A stretch of 64,000 bases of DNA, taken from an uncultured Syntrophales bacterium. Its GTDB lineage: Bacteria; Desulfobacterota; Syntrophia; Syntrophales; JADFWA01. Position numbers and translations under genes: made by a program. The stretch is taken from assembly GCA_964454305.1 (NCBI GenBank), contig CAYVXX010000002.1, positions 11,719 to 75,718 of the forward strand, in the 5' to 3' direction. Under the pieces are notes generated by a model, which saw nothing but the letters and a program-made list of their open reading frames with translations, ran no database searches and was not told the origin of the DNA. Shown piece by piece: positions 55,846-64,000 of the stretch; within the stretch, counting starts at the first letter, position 1; each line of letters starts with the position of its first letter.

Positions 55846-58800
55846 TTATTTCACCCCCTTCTTTTCAACACTTACCATGAAGGCCTTGGACTCCGGTATC
55901 ATGGTATTAGCATCTCCGATGAATGGCGTAAGCAGATTAGCAGCATCGCCAGAGGTAAAGACCTCAGGTTTCTTATCACCTTTGACATACTTTCTCATGG
56001 CGGTCGTTACCCAGCCAAAGTGCCAGGGAATACCGACCTGATGCACAACGTTGCCATTTATTTTAAAGGGTTTGAATCTCTCTGTAACAATGGCAACTGC
56101 TTCAACCTCGCCTCTTATCGATTTTACAATGGCACGTTCGCCATTCTTGATACCCTTCAGCTTGCCAAGTTCCTTACTCATTTCGACAAACATTTCGGGC
56201 TGCATTTCTGCAAGCCAGGGACACCATCTCGTCATAACACCGGTCTGCCAGTGCTCACTGACCCTGTAAGTGCTACAGACAAAGGGGAATCTCGGATCGC
56301 AGGTTGCCCTTGCATCCACATTTGTCCCTGTTCCCTCTTTATCCCATCTCTTGATAGTGGGATTATTCATTTGAGGAGACATGAAATTCTTCTCAACAGG
56401 ACACTCTAACGGCTCATAATGTTCCGGAAATGGTCCATCAGCAAGTCCCGGTCCAAAAACACTGCCGACACCATGGGGTTTCATGATGAAGGGAGGTCTT
56501 CCCGAACCTGGTGCGGGAACACCATCAGGTACATCCCCCTCCCATTTTGTGCCATTCCACTTTATGACAGGGTGCTCTTTATCCCAGGGGTTTCCCTTCA
56601 TATCAACTGAAGCGCCATTGTAGATGATCCTGCGATTAACAGGCCAGGTCCAGGACCAATCGGAATAGAGGCCTATGCCGGAAGCATCCTTCGGGCCCCT
56701 CCTGGCTGCCATATTCCCCTTTTCCGTGTAGGAATTGCAGTACAGCCAGTTTCCGGAAGAGGTCGAGCCGTCATCCTGGAGAAAGGCGAAACTTGGAACC
56801 AGCGTACCTTTCTTATAGAGCGTTCCTTTAATCGTTTTGTCTTCCAAGAAGTAGCCATTGATTTCCTTAGCAACCATATGGGTATCCACATGCTTAATCT
56901 TTCCGTTTGCTCCCTTAGGACCATAATCCCAGGTCATTTTTATGATAGCTTCTTTGAGAGGCCCACCTTCTTTTTCATACAGCTCTTGGATCTTATAGAA
57001 AAGCTCGGTAACAATATCGCTATCCGGCAAGGCAACTCCAGGTGCATTAACCGCTTTGTATCTCCACTGCATCCAGCGGCCGCTGTTGGTAATACTGCCT
57101 TCTTTTTCTATTGGGCCGGCACAGGGGAGCATAAATACTTCTGTCTTTATCTTCTTCGGATCCATACCGGGACCCTTCCAGAAGGAACCGGTTTCATTGT
57201 CAAAGAGATTGACATTAACCATCCAGTCCACTTTGGTCATGGCCTGTCTTGTCTTGTTAGAACTGGCGCCACTGCAGGCAGGATTCTGTCCCCATGCGAA
57301 GAATCCGGTGAATTCTCCTTTATACATCGCATCAAAAAGACTCAACCAGGAGTAATTTTTACCGTCATCCAGTTTGGGAAGGTACCAGTACGCCTGTTCC
57401 AGGCTGACATCCTTTCCGTAGAATGCCCGCAGCAGACTCGCCGTGTATTTGGGGTAGTTTTTCCACCAGTTCAGGCTATTCGGCTCTTTTGTTGTAGGCG
57501 TATATTTATCATTGTACGCTTTCAATGTAGGAAGAGACGCCTTTGGTGTCTTGAGATACCCGGGGATGATGTGGAAAAGCAAGCAATGGTCAGTGGAACC
57601 CTGAACATTGGATTCTCCTCTAAGGGCATTGACACCACCGCCGGCAACTCCCATGTTTCCAAGGAGGAGCTGGATCATGGCCATTGTTCTGATATTCTGG
57701 GTTCCCACGGTATGCTGCGTCCATCCCATGGCATACATTATGGTTCCTGCTTTTCCTACCTCGCCTGTTTTGGTATATTCCTTGTAAACCTCAAGAAGTT
57801 TTTCCTGCGGCGTACCGGTGATCTTGGATACAAGATCAGGGTTATATCTTGAATAATGTTTCTTCAAGAGCTGGTACACACAGTTCGGGTCTTTCAGGCT
57901 CTTATCCTTTTTAACGACTCCGTCGGCATCCTTCTGGAATGACCATGTAGACTTATCATACTTGGCATCGGTGAGACCGGAGAAGACGCCGTTGTTATCT
58001 CCGGGAAGTTTGAATTTCGGATTTACCAGGAAGGAGGCATTCGTGTAATTTACGACATACTCGTTCTGAATTAGATTATTGTCTGTAAGGTACTTGATCA
58101 TGCCTCCAAGGAAGGCTATATCCGTGCCGGATCTCAACGGAGCATATATATTAGCCTTGGAGGAAGTCTGAGTAAATCTGGGATCAACACTGATCAGCTT
58201 GGCACCATTTTCCATAGCCTTGGTAACATACTTGAAGGAAATGGGATGGTTTGAAGCAGCGTTACTCCCCATAATCAAGATACAATCACTGTTTCCAATA
58301 TCGATCCAGTGATTGGTCATCGCACCGCGTCCGAACGACTCTGCCAGAGCCGCAACAGTCGCGCTGTGTCAGATACGGGCCTGGTGTTCAATATAAGTCA
58401 GACCCAACCCCCTTAAGAATTTTTGATAGACGAAACACTCTTCATTGTCCATGGCAGCGCTGCCAACCGAAGCTATTCCGTTTGTTCGGTTGACCACCTG
58501 ACCCTTGGCGTTTCTTTCTTCGAAACTCTTATCACGACTCTTCTTTACATTTTTGGCAATTCTGTCGATCGTCCATTTCCAGGATTTTTCCTCCCACTTA
58601 TCGGAATAAGGTGCCCGGTAAAGTGGTTTGTCAAGCCGGTTTTTATTAACCGACAGCTGGTAAATAGACCCACCCTTGGTGCACAAAGAGCCTCGGTTGA
58701 TGGGATGATCAGGATCACCTTCCGTATTGATGACCTTACCCTTTCGAGTGGCGACAATGATGCCGCATCCGACAGCACAGTAAGGACAAATTGTGGTGGT

Positions 58801-58926
58801 TTCTTTAGCATACTTGATCTTCAGTGGTTCGGCGTGAGCTAATACCGGCTTCAGACTGATTCCGATACCACTTGCCATAAATACCACACCGGAGATCTTC
58901 AAGAAACCTCTTCTGGTAACTTTCAT
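55846..58926 (-). CDS. fdhA: Formate dehydrogenase catalytic subunit, selenocysteine-containing (TGA recoded at 58369-58371), Tat-exported
   Basis: Track ORFs 58369..58947 and 55846..58320 are one reading frame. Read-through gives ...YIEHQARI-U-HSATVAALAESFGRGAMTNHW..., the conserved Sec/Cys active-site context of FdnG/FdhA. Twin-arginine signal TRRGFLK and N-terminal CPYCAVGC cluster motif. The start is ATG 58926, with AAGGAG upstream. Confidence 0.85.
58336..58371 (-). promoter_or_regulatory. Sec codon plus candidate bacterial SECIS hairpin
   Basis: mRNA UGA CACAGCG CGACU-GU-UGC-GGCUCUG-GCA-G-AGUCG. The hairpin begins 7 nt after the UGA and its apical loop starts with GG. It was hand-folded only. 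Confidence 0.45.
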
Positions 58927-58969
58927 AACAATGCACTCCTTTCTCACAGTTTAGTTAGGAAAACACCCT

Positions 58970-59080
58970 CTTATTTACTCTCCTTTCCAAACACGGGAGG
59001 CACAACTGTTTCCGGTTATACCCACTGTCCGCTCTTCATAGACAGATCCTTTAGAAGACGCGGATCGGAGAAACATAAGC
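58970..59080 (-). promoter_or_regulatory. Candidate molybdenum/tungsten cofactor (Moco RNA motif) riboswitch in the fdhA leader
   Basis: Minus-strand RNA: UUUCUCCGAUCCGCGUCUUCUAAAGGAUCUGUCUAUGAAGAGCGGACAGUGGGUAUAACCGGAAACAGUUGUGCCUCCCGUGUUUGGAAAGGAGAG. It has the blocks I recall as conserved in the Moco motif (CUCCGA, CAGUGGG, GCCUCCC, GGAAAGGAG). It can form a closing helix UCUCC/GGAGA and internal helices GAUCC/GGAUC, CUGUC/GACAG and GGUAUAAC/GUUGUGCC. Confidence 0.55.
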
Positions 59081-59129
59081 TAGCAACTGACGGGTCCGAT
59101 TAAATATGGCGGACCACTTTCATACTCTC

Positions 59130-59205
<76 letters not shown>

Positions 59206-59392
59206 AAACATAACCTCATTTTTTATCGTTTCACTAAGACTGTTTTGGCTATCATAAAGCCATATCCTTTGTCAAGACATTTGTTATTTCAAACATACTC
59301 CATATGCTATATATGCAATCTCTCACTCCTTATATCTTGACTTTCAAAAAGGGTTTGATATTATTTGTTAAATCCTCGAACAAGGAGTCCCC

Positions 59393-61534
59393 ATGAACAA
59401 CCTATTCAAGAGACTGCTGTCAATATCCCCCCTGAAAATAAGCCTTGTTATTGTCTTCATAGCAATCATCTTCTATTTAATGAATGTTCCTTTCCTTAGA
59501 TTTATGGAGCTAAAAACCCTGGATCTGAGGACGCTTTCCCGGGGCGAGAGATGTCCAGGAGGAAATATAGTAATCGCGGCCATTGATGAGAAGAGTTTAA
59601 GTGAACTGGGGCGATGGCCATGGCCGAGAGCAACAATTGCAAAACTCGTTGACACCCTGAAGGAATATGGAGCAAAAACCGTGGGAATGGACATCGTCTT
59701 TGCCGAACCTGCGGACACCGATCCAATACTCGCTGAATCGATCAAGAATGCGGGCAATGTCACCCTCGGCTACTTTTTCCACACCTCAGAGAAGGAAATA
59801 GCACACCTGAACAAAGAAGACGCCCAAAAATGTGCCAACAATATTGCTTACTCCAAATATCAGATAGTACAGTTCATAGGCAAACCGGATGAATCCATTC
59901 TGCCACAAGCATGTGCGGCTGCAGCAAACGTGGGACCGCTGTCCGATGCGGCAGAAAATAGCGGGTACTTTAATTGTTTTCCCGACAGTGACGGAACGAT
60001 ACGGTGGTCCCCTCTCGTTATAAAATTCGGAGGCGACTTTTATCCCCCTCTTTCCATTTCTGTGCTGCTTCAGTACATGGACTGGCCGATGCTTACCCTG
60101 AAGATAGCGGACTTTGGCGTTGAGTTCATACGGATAGGTGATCTTGATATCCCTACTGACGAATCAGGGAGAATGTTGATAAATTATCTTGGGCCGGCGA
60201 AGACCTTTCCCCATTATTCGATTGCCGACATCATAAGCGGCCGCCTGAAACCGGCACTTTTTAAAGACAAACTCGTTCTGGTGGGGGCTACAGCTACAGG
60301 CATTTACGATATGAGGGTAACTCCCTTCGGTACGACGTATCCGGGAATCGAAATTCACGCCACGGTGATAGACAACATACTCCGTCAAGCCTTTCTCAAG
60401 CGTCCCGGCTGGATCGGGATATTTGACATTACCGCCATTCTTTTTTTCGGCCTCATCCTCGGCATTGGTCTTCCCAAGTTTAGGGGTGCTTACGGTGTTT
60501 TCTTCAGCCTTCTGTTACTTGTAACGTATATCATGATCAACCGGTTCATCTTCTCCCATTACAACATCTGGCTCAATCTCATCTACCCCGTCATTACAAT
60601 ACTTACCGTCTACCTCGGCATAACGGTCTACAAGTACATAACCGAAGAGAGGGAGAAGAAAAAGATACGCGGCGCTTTTCAGTATTACCTTACCCCTTCA
60701 GTCATCAACGAAATTTTGAAAGACCCTTCAAAGCTGAAACTCGGGGGGGAAAAGATGAATCTTACAGTCCTCTTCTCTGATATCCGGGGTTTTACCTCCG
60801 TTTCCGAGAAACTGTCACCGGAGGAACTTGTCCATCTCCTCAATGAATACCTGACCGCCATGACCGGAGTCGTATTCAAATACGATGGTCTCCTCGACAA
60901 ATATATGGGAGATGCCATTATGGCGGTCTTTGGCGCCCCGCTACCCCAGGATGATCACCCGGTCAGCGCCTGCAGGTCCGCCCTTGGTATGATGGATGAA
61001 CTGAGGAAACTTCAGAAGAAATGGGCAGATGAAAGCAGACCTGTTCTTGATATCGGAATCGGTATGAACAGCGGTGAAATGGTAGTAGGCAATATGGGGT
61101 CCGACATGAGGTTTGATTATACGGTTATGGGTGATAATGTGAACCTCGGCTCGAGGTTGGAAGGAATCAACAAAGAATACGGTACAAATATCATTATAAG
61201 TGAATACACATACAACGAGGTAAAGGATAAATTTTTGTGCCGGGAACTTGATTTTGTTAGGGTTAAAGGGAAGGAGCTCCCTGTGAGGATATTTGAGCTT
61301 TTAGGGGAAAGGGGAGATGTTGAAAACCGGAAAGAATTTGTTGAACTGTTTGAAGAGGGATTGGTAAAATATAGACAGGGCAAGTGGGATGAGGCTGTTA
61401 CTTTTTTCGAGGAGGTGTTGTCTGTCCATCAGGGCGATCCTCCCTCAGAACTGTACATCAGAAGGTGTCGAGAGCTTAAAAAAAATCCGCCTGACGGGAA
61501 ATGGGACGGGGTTTATATCATGACGAAAAAATAA
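59393..61534 (+). CDS. CHASE2 sensor domain - class III adenylate/guanylate cyclase with C-terminal TPR-like tail
   Basis: CHASE2 hallmark LSELGRWPWPR, TM segments, and cyclase core TVLFSDIRGFTSVSE...KYMGDAIMAVFG...GDNVNLGSRLE. Confidence 0.85.
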   Translation: MNNLFKRLLSISPLKISLVIVFIAIIFYLMNVPFLRFMELKTLDLRTLSRGERCPGGNIVIAAIDEKSLSELGRWPWPRATIAKLVDTLKEYGAKTVGMDIVFAEPADTDPILAESIKNAGNVTLGYFFHTSEKEIAHLNKEDAQKCANNIAYSKYQIVQFIGKPDESILPQACAAAANVGPLSDAAENSGYFNCFPDSDGTIRWSPLVIKFGGDFYPPLSISVLLQYMDWPMLTLKIADFGVEFIRIGDLDIPTDESGRMLINYLGPAKTFPHYSIADIISGRLKPALFKDKLVLVGATATGIYDMRVTPFGTTYPGIEIHATVIDNILRQAFLKRPGWIGIFDITAILFFGLILGIGLPKFRGAYGVFFSLLLLVTYIMINRFIFSHYNIWLNLIYPVITILTVYLGITVYKYITEEREKKKIRGAFQYYLTPSVINEILKDPSKLKLGGEKMNLTVLFSDIRGFTSVSEKLSPEELVHLLNEYLTAMTGVVFKYDGLLDKYMGDAIMAVFGAPLPQDDHPVSACRSALGMMDELRKLQKKWADESRPVLDIGIGMNSGEMVVGNMGSDMRFDYTVMGDNVNLGSRLEGINKEYGTNIIISEYTYNEVKDKFLCRELDFVRVKGKELPVRIFELLGERGDVENRKEFVELFEEGLVKYRQGKWDEAVTFFEEVLSVHQGDPPSELYIRRCRELKKNPPDGKWDGVYIMTKK

Positions 61535-61670
61535 AGTTTAAAGTGTGGAGTGAACTAAAGTACCTAAAGTTAAAAAATGAGTTTTCAGCGCGGCCTGTTT
61601 CAAATTTGACTGCTCCAAAGGCGTGTAAATTAACTTTAGCTCACTTTAGGCACTTCAAACTTTAGGCATT
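61533..61670. repeat. Family-A palindromic element, full-length copy in inverted orientation relative to 29251-29397
   Basis: See 29251-29397. It begins at the cyclase stop codon. The track's alr ORF start (61672) is a TTG at the edge of the element. Confidence 0.85.
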
Positions 61671-61713
61671 TTTGGGATTGCGGCTTTGCCGCTCTCAGGG
61701 GATTATATTCAAA

Positions 61714-63651
61714 ATGTCATTAAGAGATGCTCTAAAATACAGAAGCTGGGTCGAGGTTGACCTCGAAAACTTCAGCCACAACCTGGACGAAATCAAGAAG
61801 ATTGTTGGCCCCGATGTCAAGGTTCTACAGGTAGTCAAGGCAGACGCCTATGGTCACGGAGCAATTGAAATTTCCAATGTTGCTCTGAAAAACGGTGCCT
61901 CCTTTCTCGGAGTTGCCAATGCAGATGAAGGAGTACAACTGCGGGTAAGCGGGATAACCTCACCGATACTGATAATGAGTCCGGCCACTGTTTCCGAAAT
62001 AAATGAGATAATCAAATATAATTTGATCCCATCGATTTCCGACCTCGGTTTTGCCAGGGAGTTACAAAAAAGCTACCGGAAGGCAGGCGTCAAAGCCCCA
62101 ATCCACATAGAAGTGGATACAGGAATGGGAAGGGGTGGAACTACTCATCAAGAAGCCTTTAATGTCATTAGAGAAATCCTTGGCTTTCCCAACATCATAT
62201 TAGAGGGCATCTTTTCGCACTTCTCATCAAGTGAAGTTGAGGGTGAAGACTATAACCAGATGCAGTGGAAACTGTTCAAGGAACTTATCGAAATGCTGGA
62301 GGAAAACAATATACATATTCCCCAAAAACATATGTCCAACAGCGGTGGACTCCTCAACTTTCCACAATTCAATCTTGATATGGTACGACCCGGTCTTATA
62401 TCTTATGGTATTTACCCATCCCCGGACACAGAATCAAAAGCAGACCTCGCTTCGGTTATGAGCTTCAAGACAAGTGTGGTTCTTCTGAAAGATTTTCCCA
62501 AGGGTTATAGCATTGGTTATGGGAGAACTTACGTTACGGAAAAACCGACCAGGATAGCAACCATTCCCGTCGGATACGGAGACGGTTACGGTTGGATACT
62601 CTCAAATCAGGGAGAGGCCCTGATACGGGGGATAAGAGTTCCTGTTGTGGGGCGTGTCTCCATGGATATGTGCACCATAGATGTAACGGATATCCCGGAT
62701 TGCCAGGTAGGAGACGAGGTCGTCTTGATGGGAAAACAGGAAAGCGAATACATCTCCGCCAATGAAATTGCCCAAAAAGCAAAGACAATAAGTTATGAAA
62801 TACTATGCGCACTGGGCAAGAGGGCTCCCCGGGTATTTGTACATAAGGGGAAAACCGATACCGTAGAACCACGATTAAGGAGAATATACATCCCCGATGA
62901 GGAAAAATCCATATCACGGATAGACAGTATAATCCGAAACTGCTTCCAGACAAGAGCACGGGATACGGAATTGGGCAACGCAATCTACTATGAGATGTTT
63001 GAAACACTCTTCGGAAAAAAAGATCGGCAGCTTGAATTAAGAACCGACTTTAAATACGATATAAACGTCATCGATGACGATCGTACAAAAAACTATTTCA
63101 CCGTAACAACCCATATAGAATATACCAAAACCCTTAGGAATAACACCTTCCTCATCGGGTGTGCTTTAAATAACAAACAACTCTCCGTCCTTTTCGAGGA
63201 TGAAAGATGTGAGTACAGATGGCTTCTCAATCCGGGAGAAGGCCTGTTCAGGGAGAGCGACTTCAATGTAAATCGTGTGCGTGTCGACAGCGAAGATGTC
63301 ACAATCATCAGAACAGAAGAAACAGATAGGGGATACGAGGTCTGGTGCGGGGGTAACACGCTGAAAAAGAAATTGAACAAACCGGTTAAGGTGGAGATTG
63401 AAATTATAACCAAGAAGTTTAAAGGCAATAATATTTTCTCTGTCTATCTCGTGTACCCTACAAGAGGGCTTGAAATCTCCTTTAACTACGCCGGTGCACA
63501 ATTGAAGAACGTAAGAGAGGTTAGTTTCTTCGCCGGAAAGCATCCCTATCCGGAGGTGGCTAAAGAGGAGGGAAAATCGACACATTTGAAGATAAGCGAT
63601 GATGAATGGATATTCCCGAACAGCGGAGTAACTTTTTTCTGGGATCTATAA
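61714..63651 (+). CDS. alr: Alanine racemase fused to a ~265-aa C-terminal domain of unknown function
   Basis: PLP-Lys motif VVKADAYGHGA, plus RPG.ISYG, GYGDGY and GRVSMDM. The racemase ends near ...ISYEILCALGKRAPRVFVHKG (~62850), but the ORF continues uninterrupted to 63651. The start is placed at ATG 61714. Confidence 0.8.
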   Translation: MSLRDALKYRSWVEVDLENFSHNLDEIKKIVGPDVKVLQVVKADAYGHGAIEISNVALKNGASFLGVANADEGVQLRVSGITSPILIMSPATVSEINEIIKYNLIPSISDLGFARELQKSYRKAGVKAPIHIEVDTGMGRGGTTHQEAFNVIREILGFPNIILEGIFSHFSSSEVEGEDYNQMQWKLFKELIEMLEENNIHIPQKHMSNSGGLLNFPQFNLDMVRPGLISYGIYPSPDTESKADLASVMSFKTSVVLLKDFPKGYSIGYGRTYVTEKPTRIATIPVGYGDGYGWILSNQGEALIRGIRVPVVGRVSMDMCTIDVTDIPDCQVGDEVVLMGKQESEYISANEIAQKAKTISYEILCALGKRAPRVFVHKGKTDTVEPRLRRIYIPDEEKSISRIDSIIRNCFQTRARDTELGNAIYYEMFETLFGKKDRQLELRTDFKYDINVIDDDRTKNYFTVTTHIEYTKTLRNNTFLIGCALNNKQLSVLFEDERCEYRWLLNPGEGLFRESDFNVNRVRVDSEDVTIIRTEETDRGYEVWCGGNTLKKKLNKPVKVEIEIITKKFKGNNIFSVYLVYPTRGLEISFNYAGAQLKNVREVSFFAGKHPYPEVAKEEGKSTHLKISDDEWIFPNSGVTFFWDL

Positions 63652-63723
63652 TACGTTTCAAGGGTAAGACCTAAGGTTTAATTTTTCAGGGTTTAAGTTA
63701 AACTGAAAGAAAGGCTATTATTA

Positions 63724-64000
63724 ATGGGAAAAATAAGAGTCGGTATTATCTTTGGTGGTATGTCCTCGGAGAAAGAGGTCTCCTTAAATAGCGGCAGGAA
63801 TGTATACGACAACATTGACAGGGAAAAATATGAGGGAATACCAATATTCATGGATGATACCGCAAGATTATGGATACTCCCCTGGCAGCTTATCTCTCAA
63901 AACACCACCACTGACATCTCGGAACAGCTTGACAGGAAGGCACGAAGGATATCCTATGAGGGACTCAGAGATGAAATCGATTTTGCTTTCATTTCTCTGC
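63724..64000 (+). CDS. ddl: D-alanine--D-alanine ligase (5' partial; runs off the window)
   Basis: Not in the track because there is no stop. Translation from ATG 63724: [31 protein letters not shown]..., a typical Ddl N-terminus. Confidence 0.75.
   Translation, partial: MGKIRVGIIFGGMSSEKEVSLNSGRNVYDNIDREKYEGIPIFMDDTARLWILPWQLISQNTTTDISEQLDRKARRISYEGLRDEIDFAFISL

Noticed and set aside
56878-57852. A 324-aa + strand ORF inside fdhA.
   Set aside because: It is an antisense shadow of the formate dehydrogenase catalytic subunit, with low-complexity, stop-poor composition only.
58321-58371. Possible pseudogene or frameshift splitting formate dehydrogenase into two ORFs.
   Set aside because: Both parts are in the same frame, and the only interruption is a single TGA exactly at the conserved Sec/Cys position. 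Selenocysteine recoding is the simpler explanation.

Overview
Everything below was read by eye from the sequence and the ORF track; no searches or folding were run. This is a chromosomal, mostly housekeeping window from a Gram-negative anaerobe. The gene content suggests a sulfate-reducer or syntroph-like deltaproteobacterial (Thermodesulfobacteriota) lineage, but that is inference only: Tol-Pal, the siroheme-dependent Ahb haem pathway, a selenocysteine formate dehydrogenase, Na+-translocating decarboxylase subunits and a sigma-54 two-component pair. Gene order: a CsgG-like lipoprotein trio (1-2811, -); purL/purQ and sirC (-); prmA-rsmE-RDD-tRNA-Phe (+); ctpA-yibQ-like-TPR-lipoprotein (+); tolQ-tolR-tolA-tolB-pal-ybgF (-); an orphan peptide-type ABC binding protein; a class III cyclase; a more G+C-rich trio of PilZ, Yip1 and an eRF1/Pelota-like protein (-); trpEGDCFBA (-); a rhomboid protease; a TAXI-TRAP transporter; mobB and DUF364; oadG-like/oadB/biotin carrier; a histidine kinase with a sigma-54 activator; a haem supercluster (ccsA-like, hemA, hemC, cobA-hemD, ahbC, hemB, ahbD, ahbA/B); a nitroreductase; an isochorismatase; fdhAB (-); tRNA-Thr; a CHASE2 cyclase; an extended alr; and the ddl start. 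Features absent from or mis-split in the ORF track: (1) a 25-codon trp leader peptide with WWW plus an attenuator; (2) fdhA is one gene read through an in-frame TGA (selenocysteine), with a candidate SECIS hairpin; (3) a candidate Moco/Wco riboswitch in the fdhA leader; (4) hemC has no canonical start upstream of its conserved N-terminal motif, so ATT is the likely initiator; (5) a 45-codon oadG-like gene; (6) two partial edge genes; (7) at least three families of interspersed palindromic intergenic repeats, some inside operons and some creating false 5' ORF extensions or supplying a gene's 3' end. No transposase, integrase, phage gene, CRISPR array or recognisable defence system was seen. The best candidates for undescribed biology are the modular repeat family B, the PilZ-Yip1-eRF1-like trio and the alr C-terminal extension.
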